Shown here piece by piece: positions 9,555 through 19,273 of a DNA stretch of 32,000 nt. Below the pieces are notes generated by a model. That model was not told the origin of the DNA and ran no database searches. It saw only the letters and a list, made by a program, of their open reading frames with translations. A program made the position numbers and the translations under genes. The stretch's first letter is position 1, and each line of letters starts with the position of its first letter. Where the stretch lies: contig JAKSVZ010000005.1 in NCBI GenBank assembly GCA_024407725.1, forward strand, positions 15,402 through 47,401, given 5' to 3'. The stretch is from Opitutales bacterium (GTDB lineage Bacteria; Verrucomicrobiota; Verrucomicrobiia; Opitutales; UBA9783).

Positions 9555-10030
9555 AGTCTGCCCATACAAAAACAAAAGGATTCACACTAGTAGAAATTAT
9601 CATTGTTTTAGCCATTATAGGTATTTTAACCTCAATGGCATTTCCTCTGGGTCAACATATACGGAATCGTTCGACTCAGGTTTCCAAACAGGCAGACGCT
9701 GTGCGCTTTCAAACTGCCATTTACGACTTCGCTATCCATTATCATCATTATCCCCCAACGCTTCCCAAGGATACTTGGTTCAATTTGGCTCAAGAATTTG
9801 ACCGCTTTATCAATGATTTTTCAGGCAAAAAAACCACAAGTATCAATCCAGAAGGGGTAGCGTTTTGCAGCTTCACACCTGAAGAATACCGCGAAAAAAG
9901 CATTAAACCCTTATGGTTGTTCATTCAAGGGAAGAAAACGCGCGCAGAAGCCGTTCAGGAGTTAAAAGCAAAATTTACTACCGCTGATAAGGTCGAAGGT
10001 ACCACTATCCTGTTTTATTCTCCTAAATAA
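9551..10030 (+). CDS. Prepilin-type N-terminal cleavage/methylation domain protein (type IV pilin/T2SS pseudopilin-like)
   Basis: The N-terminus MKSAHTKTKG|FTLVEIIIVLAIIGILTSMAFP is the class III signal (G/FTLxE plus a hydrophobic helix). The C-terminal domain has no recognisable motif. ATGA overlap with the trpS stop. Confidence 0.8.
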   Translation: MKSAHTKTKGFTLVEIIIVLAIIGILTSMAFPLGQHIRNRSTQVSKQADAVRFQTAIYDFAIHYHHYPPTLPKDTWFNLAQEFDRFINDFSGKKTTSINPEGVAFCSFTPEEYREKSIKPLWLFIQGKKTRAEAVQELKAKFTTADKVEGTTILFYSPK

Positions 10031-10089
10031 AAAATATCTCCCTTATAGATTGTTTTTTTACACAAAAACAGGTACTTTGGGAATAACTT

Positions 10090-11700
10090 ATGGAACCTAA
10101 AGATACAAAGTTAATTTTTGTTACTGGCGGCGTTGTATCCTCTTTAGGGAAAGGGCTAACAACCGCCTCTATTGGCGCGCTTTTAGAGGGTTATGGGATT
10201 AAAATCGGTATGCTGAAGATTGATCCCTACCTCAACATAGACCCAGGTACCATGAACCCTTGCCAACATGGAGAGGTTTACGTATTAGAGGATGGTTCCG
10301 AAACCGATTTGGATTTCGGCCATTATGAACGTTTTACCCAAGCACAATTGCGTTACGAAAACAGCTGCACTTCCGGTAAAATTTACGAAACGATTTTGCG
10401 CAAAGAACGTAACGGCGATTATTTAGGACAAACCGTCCAAATTATCCCGCACGTAACCGATGAAATTAAACGGCGCATTTTTGTAGCCGCTCAAGGAGTG
10501 GATATCCTCATCACCGAAATCGGTGGGGTAGTGGGGGATATCGAAGGAATGCCTTATCTGGAAGCCTTAAGGCAAATCGCTCACGAACGAGGCTATCACA
10601 ATGTGTTATTTATCCATTTAGCCTTATTACCTTTCCTAAAGGCAGCACAGGAGCTTAAATCCAAACCGGTTCAGCAAAGCGTAGCAAAATTGCGCGAAAT
10701 TGGTATTCAACCGAATATTTTGATTTGCCGCACCGAAGTCCCATTGGAAGAGGGAATCCGCGACAAAATCAGTTTGTTTTGCAATGTAGAAAAGAACGCG
10801 GTTCTTGAAGAACGCGATGTAACCACTTCCATTTACGAAGTCCCTACCTCGTTTCATAAATCCCAACTCGATACGCTGATTTTCAATCATTTTAACCTAT
10901 CCTATGCACGCAAACCCCTTACGCTTTGGGAAAACGTAATGGAGCGCATCAAGAACCCCATGCACAAGGTTACCATAGGAATTGTTGGGAAATACACTGA
11001 AATTCAGGATGCGTATAAATCAGTGGTTGAATCCCTAAGGCATGGAGGAATTGAACACTACTGCCAAACCGAAATTAAGATGATTGATTCGGAGCGGTTG
11101 GAAAGCGATGATACCTGTGCGCCTTTAAAGGGTCTAGATGGAATTTTAGTCCCCGGAGGCTTTGGTTCGCGGGGTATTGATGGCAAAATAGCCGCCATTC
11201 GTTATGCACGCGAAAACAAAATTCCTTTTCTCGGTATTTGCTTAGGGATGCAACTCGCCTTGGTAGAGTTTGCACGCAATGTTTTAGGTCACGCCGATGC
11301 CAATAGTACGGAAATGAACGAAAAAAGTTCTTATCCTGTCATTTGTCTGCTGGAACAACAAAAGCAGGTGGTATCCAAAGGCGCAACCATGCGTTTAGGG
11401 GCTCAAAAATGCGAAATAATGCCCAATAGTCGCGTATATGAGGCTTACAAACAAAGTAATATTTCCGAACGCCACCGCCACCGTTACGAGTTTAACGAAT
11501 GCTACCGGCCGGATTTTGAAGCCAAAGGCATGCACTTTGTTGGTTACAATGCTCAATCGAAGTGCGTAGAGGCTATTGAGCTGCCGGATCACCCTTGGTT
11601 CGTTGGGGTTCAATTCCATCCAGAATTTAAATCCAAGCCTTACCAAGCCCATCCCTTGTTTGCTCACTTCATTGAAGCCGCCATCCAAAATAAGCATTAA
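10090..11700 (+). CDS. pyrG: CTP synthase
   Basis: IFVTGGVVSSLGKGLTTASIGALL. The glutamine amidotransferase domain carries PFLGICLGMQ and FVGVQFHPEF. Confidence 0.97.
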   Translation: MEPKDTKLIFVTGGVVSSLGKGLTTASIGALLEGYGIKIGMLKIDPYLNIDPGTMNPCQHGEVYVLEDGSETDLDFGHYERFTQAQLRYENSCTSGKIYETILRKERNGDYLGQTVQIIPHVTDEIKRRIFVAAQGVDILITEIGGVVGDIEGMPYLEALRQIAHERGYHNVLFIHLALLPFLKAAQELKSKPVQQSVAKLREIGIQPNILICRTEVPLEEGIRDKISLFCNVEKNAVLEERDVTTSIYEVPTSFHKSQLDTLIFNHFNLSYARKPLTLWENVMERIKNPMHKVTIGIVGKYTEIQDAYKSVVESLRHGGIEHYCQTEIKMIDSERLESDDTCAPLKGLDGILVPGGFGSRGIDGKIAAIRYARENKIPFLGICLGMQLALVEFARNVLGHADANSTEMNEKSSYPVICLLEQQKQVVSKGATMRLGAQKCEIMPNSRVYEAYKQSNISERHRHRYEFNECYRPDFEAKGMHFVGYNAQSKCVEAIELPDHPWFVGVQFHPEFKSKPYQAHPLFAHFIEAAIQNKH

Positions 11701-11720
11701 AATCATTGAAAATCATTGAA
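11701..11720. repeat. Perfect tandem 10-bp duplication aatcattgaa x2, with a third degenerate copy reaching into the pyrG stop
   Basis: Read directly: ...gcattaa|aatcattgaa|aatcattgaa|tttatc. The catt cores lie at 11695, 11704 and 11714. Confidence 0.9.
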
Positions 11721-11749
11721 TTTATCTTAAAATAATTACGGAAAATGGT

Positions 11750-12259
11750 ATGAAACGTTTTGTTTGTTTAATTTTTTTAATGCTTAGCGGCTGTTTTTCT
11801 CATAATGCCGAACCAAACTTAGAAGACACGGTATTAGTTGGGGAACAGAATAATCAAGAATTAGCAAAGCTCGAAGAAGATCATAGCAACGAACCTTGGT
11901 TTGGGCTTTACGATCAAAAGGACGTTGTGATGCGTGTATATTTCGAATACAACAGCGCAACCGTATCCGAACGCGACAAAGCGATTTTGCGGTCTCAAAT
12001 TACTCCTTTGTTACAACGCTTTAAGGATCTACCGATTTTATTAGCCGGTTATACCGATTGGAATGGTCAAGCAACCTACAATGAACAACTAGGGAAGCGA
12101 CGGGCACAAGCGGTAGCGGATATCTTATCTCAAGCTGGCATTCCACAAGAGCGAATGGAAACCTTTTCCTTAGGTAAAACGTGCGCTACTCCGAATCTTG
12201 ACCGACAAGCAGCTTACCAAGATAGACGCTGTGACGTTGTTTTGAAAAAACAGCGCTAA
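11750..12259 (+). CDS. pal: OmpA-family peptidoglycan-associated lipoprotein (Pal-like)
   Basis: Lipobox LMLSGC. The OmpA C-terminal domain reads VYFEYNSATVSERDKAIL...LLAGYTDWNGQATYNEQLGKRRAQAVADIL. Confidence 0.85.
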   Translation: MKRFVCLIFLMLSGCFSHNAEPNLEDTVLVGEQNNQELAKLEEDHSNEPWFGLYDQKDVVMRVYFEYNSATVSERDKAILRSQITPLLQRFKDLPILLAGYTDWNGQATYNEQLGKRRAQAVADILSQAGIPQERMETFSLGKTCATPNLDRQAAYQDRRCDVVLKKQR

Positions 12260-12274
12260 TAATTAGCATTTTCC

Positions 12275-13459
12275 ATGCATGTATCGTGCTTTGATCGTTG
12301 CATCCAAGGCTGCGTCAATAGCGTTAAGGATGTTTTATACAACGTCCCTTATCGTTCGAAAAGTCTAAGCGCTCTTTTTAAAGCCTTAGCGCTTGTATTT
12401 TACGGAATCGTTTTTTGCAGAGAAAAAGCCTACAAAAACCGATGGTTACCCAGCCAAACCTTGGGGTGCTTAACCATTGTTGTTGGCAACTTAACCGTTG
12501 GAGGAACAGGGAAAACCCCGATTGTTGAAAAACTAGCACGCGAATTAAACAAGCAAGGCCGCAAGGTTGCTATTTTAAGTCGCGGCTACAAAAGCAAGAA
12601 AGAATCGCTGTGGGTTCGCGGCTTGCATTGGGTGTTGCACGGAGAAGCGCGACCGCCAAGGGTTGTTTCTGACGGACAGCAGTGCTTAATGGCTTATGAA
12701 CAGGCTGGGGATGAGCCTCTGTTGCTCGCGCGCAATCTTAACAATGTATGTGTTGTGGTCGATAAAGACCGTGTAAATGCCGGCCGCTATGCCATTAAAA
12801 ATTTGCTGTGCGACACCTTGGTTTTAGACGATGGATTTCAGTACTTTCAGCTAAAAAACACGTTCTGTATTTTATTAATCGACGTAACCAATCCATTCGG
12901 TAATGGGTGGGTATTGCCACGCGGTATCTTGCGGGAGCCGGTTAATCGGATGAAACGCGCTCAGTTCATTTTCCTTACCAAAAGCGACCAAATTCCAACT
13001 GAACGCCTACAATCGCTTAAGCGCCTCATTCGCTCCTACAATGCAACCGCGCCCATTCTCCCTTGTATTCACGCCCCTAAATATTTGCGGCAAGTAAATG
13101 GCGACGAACAACTCACGCTCGATGCGCTTCAAAACCGACGGGTTGCAGCGCTTAGTGGGATTGCATCGCCTGATGCATTCGAACAATTTTTAAAAAATAA
13201 GGGAGCAACGGTAGTACACACTCAACGGTTTTTGGATCACCACTGTTACACCTCCGAAGAATTGCAGGATTTTTTCAAACAGGCGCAACGCATGGGAGCT
13301 GAATGGATTATAACCACTGAAAAAGATGCAGTTCGTATTGCCAACACCGAACACCTGCCCTTGCCTTTTTATTTCTTACGCATGGAAATTGAATGGATCG
13401 AAGGAACCGCTCCATTTCAAAGCATTATGGAAACCCTATCTGCCCAACATATTGCATGA
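12275..13459 (+). CDS. lpxK: Tetraacyldisaccharide 4'-kinase (lipid A biosynthesis)
   Basis: [15 protein letters not shown]-loop, ILSRGYK and LDDGFQ motifs. Confidence 0.9.
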   Translation: MHVSCFDRCIQGCVNSVKDVLYNVPYRSKSLSALFKALALVFYGIVFCREKAYKNRWLPSQTLGCLTIVVGNLTVGGTGKTPIVEKLARELNKQGRKVAILSRGYKSKKESLWVRGLHWVLHGEARPPRVVSDGQQCLMAYEQAGDEPLLLARNLNNVCVVVDKDRVNAGRYAIKNLLCDTLVLDDGFQYFQLKNTFCILLIDVTNPFGNGWVLPRGILREPVNRMKRAQFIFLTKSDQIPTERLQSLKRLIRSYNATAPILPCIHAPKYLRQVNGDEQLTLDALQNRRVAALSGIASPDAFEQFLKNKGATVVHTQRFLDHHCYTSEELQDFFKQAQRMGAEWIITTEKDAVRIANTEHLPLPFYFLRMEIEWIEGTAPFQSIMETLSAQHIA

Positions 13460-14493
13460 AACCGATACGGCTTGTTTTTGGCTCGAATGAGTTTTTTGTG
13501 GAATCACAAACCAAAGCGTTGCTGGAGGATTATTCCCAATGGGCATTGGAAACCTTTGACGGGACATTCCATACGATCAACGAGCTAAAGCAAACCCTCG
13601 ATAATGTACTAACAGGGTTGCAAACCATGGATTTTTTTGCGTCCCAAAAATGCGTGTGGCTACGCGCGACGAATCTGTTAGCAAGCGATAGCCCTGCATT
13701 AACGGAAGGCGGTAAAGCCGTTGCTGAACGGTGGATAGAAGGACTCCGGAATTTACCCGAAGGCGTTCAGTTGGTCATTTCAGCAGTACCGGTTGATAAA
13801 CGTACAACCCTGTTTAAAACCCTACAGGGATTATCCGAATGGGAAGAGTTAGACGACAAGCAATCGGATCTTTACCTAACGAAGATCATTCAGCAATGCA
13901 GCAAGCAATTAGGCGTTGGAATTGAAACTGACGCTCGCGAATTGTTGTTTCAAAAACTGAACAAGCAACCGCGCGCCATTGCCAATGAATTTGAAAAACT
14001 GGCCTGTTTTAAATCATTTCAGGGCAGTATTACCTACAACGATGTTTTGCAGTGCACACCTACATGGGTCAATGATGAATTCTTTGAACCCATCGAAGCG
14101 TTTTATGAGCAAAATGAAACGCGCTACCTACGGAGTTTGCGGGATTATTTCATTCTAAAAAAGGAAGCACGTGCCTTATTAATCGCTCTGCAAAACCGTA
14201 ACCGCCTGCATATCCAATTAGCAGCATTAAAGCTTCCCAGCGTATCCAAGGTTAGTTTGGATAAAGCTTATGCCCGTTATCAAGAAACCTATGGGTCGAT
14301 TAATGACAAAAACTCATTCTGTATTTTTTCGCAAAACCCTTGGTATTTAAGCCGTATCAAAACGCGTTTTTCGCTCAAAACCCTGCTGGAGATTCAAAAA
14401 GAACTCGTAACTGTGTTTGACCGAACGTTATCCCAACCTAAGTACGGCGAAGATTGGCTAAAACACTTAGCGCGATTTTTTGCAGCAGAGTAG
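13456..14493 (+). CDS. holA: DNA polymerase III delta subunit
   Basis: Length is right for HolA, as are the N-terminus ([18 protein letters not shown]...) and the helical C-terminal region. The start is placed at M22 of the track ORF, giving an ATGA overlap with the lpxK stop (13456-13459). Confidence 0.75.
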   Translation: MKPIRLVFGSNEFFVESQTKALLEDYSQWALETFDGTFHTINELKQTLDNVLTGLQTMDFFASQKCVWLRATNLLASDSPALTEGGKAVAERWIEGLRNLPEGVQLVISAVPVDKRTTLFKTLQGLSEWEELDDKQSDLYLTKIIQQCSKQLGVGIETDARELLFQKLNKQPRAIANEFEKLACFKSFQGSITYNDVLQCTPTWVNDEFFEPIEAFYEQNETRYLRSLRDYFILKKEARALLIALQNRNRLHIQLAALKLPSVSKVSLDKAYARYQETYGSINDKNSFCIFSQNPWYLSRIKTRFSLKTLLEIQKELVTVFDRTLSQPKYGEDWLKHLARFFAAE

Positions 14494-14564
14494 GGGAGTG
14501 GCTCCGGATTTATCCTCAATGGGGCTTTTATTGTTTTTTCAAACGTGCTATACTGAAGGTATAT

Positions 14565-15749
14565 ATGAATGGCATCAAATCCATTAGAGATTTAACAGTT
14601 GAAGGCAAACGTGTATGGGTACGTGTAGATTTTAACGTCCCCTTAGATAGCCACGGAAACATTGCAGATAATACGCGTATACGTGCAGCTTTACCCACCA
14701 TCAATTATTTAGTAGAACACGGTGCTAAGGTTGTTTTAGCGAGCCACTTAGGACGTCCAAAAGGCAAATGCGACAAGCGGTACACCTTAAAGCTAGTCGC
14801 AAAAGAATTAGCCACGCTTTGCAACCAACCCGTTCTGTTTTTAGACCATTGCGTTGGAGAAGATATCAACCAAAGCATAGCGGAAATGGCTAATGGCTCC
14901 ATAACGCTGTTAGAAAACTTGCGCTTCATGCCCCAAGAAGAAGCCAACGATAGTGAATTTTCGAAACAGTTAGCGGAACAAGCTGATATTTACGTCAATG
15001 ATGCGTTCGGAACCGCTCATCGGGCTCACGCATCCACAGCCGGCATTGCTGCTTTCGTCCGCCAAAAAGCAATGGGATTCTTAATCGAAAAAGAATTGGA
15101 GTTTTTAACGCAAAAAATTGATAACCCAGAGCGCCCATTCTGCGTCGTCTTAGGAGGAGCAAAAATTAGCGATAAAATCGGCATTGTTGAAGCGTTAAGT
15201 AAAAAAGCAGATACGGTTTTGTTAGGTGGCGGCATGAGTTTTACCTTTGCAGCTGCTCAAGGACAGGCAATTGGCAATAGCTTATTAGACCCAGATTACG
15301 TTGAATTAGCCAAAAATTTACTGAAAAACCACAAAAACATACAGCTGCCGGTTGATTCAGTAGCAACGGATCGCATTGATTTCAAAACAGGAACCCTTGG
15401 TGCGCTGCAGGTTGTCGATGGACCTATCCCAGATGGATGGTTTGGTGTCGATATTGGGCCCAAAACCATCGCGCTTTATTCCGATATCATCCGTAAATCC
15501 AAAATGGTATTGTGGAATGGCCCAGTAGGTATTTTCGAAATTTCCGAAACGGCTAAAGGCGGCTATGCATTAGCTCAAGCTTTATCCGAATGCAATGGAA
15601 CAACCATTGTTGGCGGCGGCGATTGTATTGAAGCGGTTCGGAAAAGCGGATACGCCAATTCCATTACCTTTTTAAGCACCGGAGGCGGCGCTACCTTGCA
15701 ATTGTTAGAAGGGAAACCATTGCCCGGATTAGAAGCTCTGAAGCAATAA
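14565..15749 (+). CDS. pgk: Phosphoglycerate kinase
   Basis: GKRVWVRVDFNVPL, ASHLGRPKG and a C-terminal STGGGATLQLLEGK. The start is trimmed to M38 of the track ORF, which is preceded by the AAGG Shine-Dalgarno at 14556-14559. Confidence 0.95.
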   Translation: MNGIKSIRDLTVEGKRVWVRVDFNVPLDSHGNIADNTRIRAALPTINYLVEHGAKVVLASHLGRPKGKCDKRYTLKLVAKELATLCNQPVLFLDHCVGEDINQSIAEMANGSITLLENLRFMPQEEANDSEFSKQLAEQADIYVNDAFGTAHRAHASTAGIAAFVRQKAMGFLIEKELEFLTQKIDNPERPFCVVLGGAKISDKIGIVEALSKKADTVLLGGGMSFTFAAAQGQAIGNSLLDPDYVELAKNLLKNHKNIQLPVDSVATDRIDFKTGTLGALQVVDGPIPDGWFGVDIGPKTIALYSDIIRKSKMVLWNGPVGIFEISETAKGGYALAQALSECNGTTIVGGGDCIEAVRKSGYANSITFLSTGGGATLQLLEGKPLPGLEALKQ

Positions 15750-15762
15750 GAGAAATTGTATT

Positions 15763-16527
15763 ATGTCCAAACGTTTTTTGATTGCTGGTAACTGGAAAAT
15801 GAACAAAAACGCACAGGAAACGCGCGCGTTTTTTGACCAGTTAAAGACCTTGTTAACCCCAACGATACAAAGTGAGTTACTCATTTGCCCGCCCTTTACG
15901 AGCTTAGAAACCGCCGCTCATTGCAATCAAACAACACAGATTGCCTTAGGGGCTCAAAATGTACACCCAGAACTCAAAGGAGCCTTTACCGGCGAAATTT
16001 CTCCGGCATTTTTAAAAAACCTTGTATCCTATGTAATCATTGGGCACAGCGAACGTCGTACCTTATTCGGCGAAACCAGCGCCTTCATCAATCAAAAAAT
16101 CCATGCATTATTAAGCGCCGGACTTAAACCTATTTTGTGCGTAGGCGAATCGCTACAAGAGCGCAAACAAGACAAAGCATTTTCGGTTATCGAAACCGAA
16201 TTGGAAGAAGGGCTGCAAGGAATTAGCGCCGATCAAGCGTCATCCCTAACCATTGCCTATGAACCTATTTGGGCAATTGGAACTGGAGAAACAGCCACAC
16301 CGGAAATTGCAGAAGCGATCCATGCTTTTATCCGCAAATGGCTTACTAAGCGCTTTCCGCAACAGGCTAACACTATTCGCTTGTTGTACGGCGGATCGTT
16401 AAAAAGCAGCAATGCTCAACAATTATTGTCCCAACCCAATATCGATGGCGGACTTATTGGCGGAGCATCGTTAGAACCCAATTCGTTCATAGATATCGCA
16501 CGTATTGCGGATCAAATCCGTAAATAA
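15763..16527 (+). CDS. tpiA: Triosephosphate isomerase
   Basis: IAGNWKMN, IIGHSERR, AYEPIWAIGTG and GGLIGGASL. Confidence 0.95.
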   Translation: MSKRFLIAGNWKMNKNAQETRAFFDQLKTLLTPTIQSELLICPPFTSLETAAHCNQTTQIALGAQNVHPELKGAFTGEISPAFLKNLVSYVIIGHSERRTLFGETSAFINQKIHALLSAGLKPILCVGESLQERKQDKAFSVIETELEEGLQGISADQASSLTIAYEPIWAIGTGETATPEIAEAIHAFIRKWLTKRFPQQANTIRLLYGGSLKSSNAQQLLSQPNIDGGLIGGASLEPNSFIDIARIADQIRK

Positions 16528-16556
16528 TTGCCCTTGTAGGAACCACGCACAAGCTT

Positions 16557-16580
16557 AGATGATTAAAATCTAATCATTTT
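16557..16580 (+). terminator. Weak AT-rich hairpin plus T-run after tpiA (possible intrinsic terminator)
   Basis: atgatta (16559-16565) pairs with taatcat (16571-16577) around a 5-nt loop and is followed by ttt. The stem has only one G:C pair, so stability is low. Confidence 0.25.
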
Positions 16581-16585
16581 GCTTG

Positions 16586-16615
16586 TTGCCCCACGAAAAT
16601 TCTGCGTATTAGTAT
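16586..16615 (+). promoter_or_regulatory. Candidate sigma-70 promoter for the tRNA-Ser gene
   Basis: TTGCCC (16586-16591), an 18-nt spacer, then TAGTAT (16610-16615). The predicted start falls about 7-9 nt downstream, at the tRNA 5' end (16624). Confidence 0.3.
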
Positions 16616-16623
16616 AGTGTCAC

Positions 16624-16713
16624 GGAGAGATGACAGAGCGGCCGAATGTGCCTGACTCGAAATCAGGTGTGGGGGTAACTCCACCGAGGGTTCGAATCCC
16701 TCTCTCTCCGCCA
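16624..16713 (+). tRNA. tRNA-Ser, anticodon CGA, class II long variable arm, CCA encoded
   Basis: Folded by hand as follows. Acceptor GGAGAGA/TCTCTCC. D-stem ACA/TGT with loop GAGCGGCCGAA. Anticodon stem CCTGA/TCAGG with loop CTCGAAA. Variable arm GTGGGG-GTAA-CTCCAC. T-arm GAGGG-TTCGAAT-CCCTC. Discriminator G, then CCA. Confidence 0.92.
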
Positions 16714-16782
16714 TGCTTTTAATTGCTACTTTTTGCAGTTTTTTCCGTTGACAATGTACCAAAAATTCTTTTTTGCAAAAGA

Positions 16783-18045
16783 ATGCGCTTCAAAGAAAAG
16801 TCATCATCGTATATCAATTGGATCCTATTAAGTATATTTTTCGGATACCAATTCTTATTGCGGAGCAGCGTAGGAACGTTCACAAACGAAATCCGTCAGA
16901 CTTTTCATTTGGATTCGGAGCAATTTGCTAACTTAGCGGTTTATACAATGCTAACCTACAGCATCTTGCAGATCCCATTTGGTATATTACTCGATAAACT
17001 CGGTATTAGGCGCGTTATCCTTCCGTCATTAGCACTCTGCATTATCGGACAATATGTGTTTACCCATGCAGCCTCTTATTCTATGGCTTTGTTGGGTCGA
17101 ATCATCCTCGGAATCGGGTGCGTTCCGGGTTATATTGGAGCCATTAAATTAATTGTGGAATGCTTCCCAGAAAAATCCTCACTGTTCATTGGTATTTCAA
17201 GCGCCTTTGGTGTACTCGCTGTTGCCTGTTGTAATCCAATCATTAAGTGGATCAGTTTGCATTATAATACTTGGTTCGCAGCTTCCCACTGCATGATTTA
17301 TGCAGGAATTGTTTTGTTGATTACTTGTTTCCTATTGCTCCATCCAAAGCAAACGGTGGTTATGAGCCAAACAGATACAAATTTAGGGGAGAGAATAAAA
17401 TCAGTCTTCTTTAACTATAAAATTTATATCTGTGCCTTGTTCGTGATAGGAACCAATATTATTGCAATGGTTTTTGCCGATCTCTGGGCTCCCAGCTTTT
17501 TGCATACCAAATACTCGCTTTCCGAATTATGCGCCGTATCCTACACGCAACTTATCTATACAGGCTGCATCATCGGAACCTTGGTATTATGCATCCTATT
17601 TAACGGAATCAATAAAATTTTATTTGGTATCCGTTTCAGCTGCCTGATGATGCTGTTCATCCTTAGCTTTTTAGCGTACGGCAATCCTTCTTGGCCGCTG
17701 TTTTACCTACCCATCGCCTTATTTTTATTAGGGTTTTTTGGTAGCGCCGATGTACTTGCTTTCTCATGCGGAGCTAGCATGTCTACTCCAAAAACTGCCG
17801 GAATGACCGCCAGCCTTATCAATTCCTTGGGAATGGTTGGCGAACCCATTTTACAATGGGTCATGGGAAAAGCCTTAAAGATGAATTGGGATGGGGCTGT
17901 AAACGCTAGCGGCCTGCAATTATATAGCACAGCCAATTACGAAACCGCTTTGGGAATCTTTGTAAAATTGACAATTGGGGTATTAATTATTGCTTGCTGT
18001 TATCGCGTTAAAAAGCACACTCAGGTAATGGATTCTGCTTCCTAA
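16783..18045 (+). CDS. Major facilitator superfamily transporter
   Basis: About 12 predicted TM helices with the MFS loop 2-3 motif LLDKLGIRRV. The start is trimmed to M21 (16783) because the track start at 16723 lies only 10 nt after the tRNA. Confidence 0.85.
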   Translation: MRFKEKSSSYINWILLSIFFGYQFLLRSSVGTFTNEIRQTFHLDSEQFANLAVYTMLTYSILQIPFGILLDKLGIRRVILPSLALCIIGQYVFTHAASYSMALLGRIILGIGCVPGYIGAIKLIVECFPEKSSLFIGISSAFGVLAVACCNPIIKWISLHYNTWFAASHCMIYAGIVLLITCFLLLHPKQTVVMSQTDTNLGERIKSVFFNYKIYICALFVIGTNIIAMVFADLWAPSFLHTKYSLSELCAVSYTQLIYTGCIIGTLVLCILFNGINKILFGIRFSCLMMLFILSFLAYGNPSWPLFYLPIALFLLGFFGSADVLAFSCGASMSTPKTAGMTASLINSLGMVGEPILQWVMGKALKMNWDGAVNASGLQLYSTANYETALGIFVKLTIGVLIIACCYRVKKHTQVMDSAS

Positions 18046-18080
18046 AAGCATGATCCAGCAACCTTAACTTTTACGCTAAG

Positions 18081-19271
18081 ATGGAACCAATGGCTATCGA
18101 TCAGCAGTTAGCGATCATCCAACAAAATGCAGAGACGTTCATCGGGGCATCCGATCTTAAAGAAAAATTAACTAACAGCACCCCTTTGCGCATTAAATTG
18201 GGAGTCGACCCAACTCGCCCAGACCTAACCTTTGGCCATTGGGTCGTCTTCAACAAATTACGCCAACTGCAAGCCTTAGGTCATCATATTATTTTCGTTA
18301 TCGGGGATTATACAACGCGTATTGGAGACCCCAGTGGACGTTCATCCACACGCCCAGTGCTCACAGTAGAACAAATCGAAGCCAACTCACAAACCTACTT
18401 AGATCAGGCTTTTAAAATCCTCGATCCTCAAAAAACCGAAACGCGGCGCAATAGCGAATGGTTCGGAAAAATGTCCTTTGGCGATTTATTGTCTCTAACC
18501 CGTCAAGTAACCGTTGCCCAATTGCTGGAACGCGAGGATTTTAACAAACGTTATACCACCAACACGCCCATTGCTTTGGTTGAATTTTTATATCCTGTGC
18601 TGCAGGCTTACGATTCTATCGTTTTGCAATCGGATATTGAGTTAGGAGGCGCTGATCAGCTGTTCAATTTGTGCTTAGGCCGCCAATTCCAAAAATGTTT
18701 CGGACAAAACCCACAGGCAGTGCTTTGCATGCCGTTATTGGTCGGTCTGGATGGCGTTAAGAAAATGTCTAAAAGCTTCGGGAATTACATTACCTTCAAC
18801 GATACATCAACCGATATGTACGGGAAAATCATGTCCATTCCGGATAATACCATGTGGGATTATTTTAAACTACTCCTATTGGAACCAACCGAAAAGGTAG
18901 AAGAACGTAAAAAGCTATCACCTATGGCGATGAAAAAAGAATTAGCCTACAGCGTAGTAACACGCTTCTTTGGCGAATCCGTCGCGCAAGACGAACAAAA
19001 ACATTTCGAAACGGTATTTTCTCATAACGCAATCCCCGAGGATATGCCTGAGTTTACCGTCGATCACTTTTCTCAATGCAAAACCTGGGTCGATGTCATT
19101 GTCGCTACCAACCTATATCAGGGAAGCAAAAAAGAACTAAAACGCTTAATCGAACAAGGAGGCGTCGAGGTTAACCAAGAACGCATTTCAAACCCACAAA
19201 CCCCTGCGCAATTAACAACAACCGCCATTGTCCGAGTCGGCAAACGCTTGTTTTTCAAGATTTTAGTATAA
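18081..19271 (+). CDS. tyrS: Tyrosine--tRNA ligase (with C-terminal S4-like domain)
   Basis: GVDPTRPDLTFGH, IGDYTTRIGDPSGRS, KMSKSFGN and a C-terminal KKELKRLIEQGGVEVN. Confidence 0.95.
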   Translation: MEPMAIDQQLAIIQQNAETFIGASDLKEKLTNSTPLRIKLGVDPTRPDLTFGHWVVFNKLRQLQALGHHIIFVIGDYTTRIGDPSGRSSTRPVLTVEQIEANSQTYLDQAFKILDPQKTETRRNSEWFGKMSFGDLLSLTRQVTVAQLLEREDFNKRYTTNTPIALVEFLYPVLQAYDSIVLQSDIELGGADQLFNLCLGRQFQKCFGQNPQAVLCMPLLVGLDGVKKMSKSFGNYITFNDTSTDMYGKIMSIPDNTMWDYFKLLLLEPTEKVEERKKLSPMAMKKELAYSVVTRFFGESVAQDEQKHFETVFSHNAIPEDMPEFTVDHFSQCKTWVDVIVATNLYQGSKKELKRLIEQGGVEVNQERISNPQTPAQLTTTAIVRVGKRLFFKILV

Positions 19272-19273
19272 TT

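Noticed and set aside
10051-10070. Inverted repeat tgttttt-ttacac-aaaaaca between the prepilin-like gene and pyrG.
   Set aside because: The 7-bp stem is almost pure A:T and has no proper downstream T-run, so it is too weak to call a terminator or operator.
14546-14554. Extended -10-like TGcTATACT just upstream of pgk.
   Set aside because: It lies 11 nt from the ATG and upstream of or overlapping the AAGG Shine-Dalgarno, so it would give a nearly leaderless mRNA. It may be fortuitous, and read-through from holA is equally plausible.
16574-16762. 62-aa minus-strand ORF.
   Set aside because: It is the antisense translation of the tRNA-Ser gene (16624-16713) and its flanks. The tRNA fold is unambiguous.
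8490-16782. N-terminal extensions of the track ORFs for trpS (8490), holA (13393), pgk (14454) and the MFS transporter (16723).
   Set aside because: The extensions overlap upstream genes or the tRNA and add non-homologous residues. Internal ATGs at 8529, 13456, 14565 and 16783 give canonical N-termini, ATGA junctions or a Shine-Dalgarno.
16624-16800. tRNA-Ser as a possible genomic-island integration site.
   Set aside because: No integrase was found, no direct repeat of the tRNA 3' end occurs downstream, and the next genes (MFS transporter, tyrS) look native.
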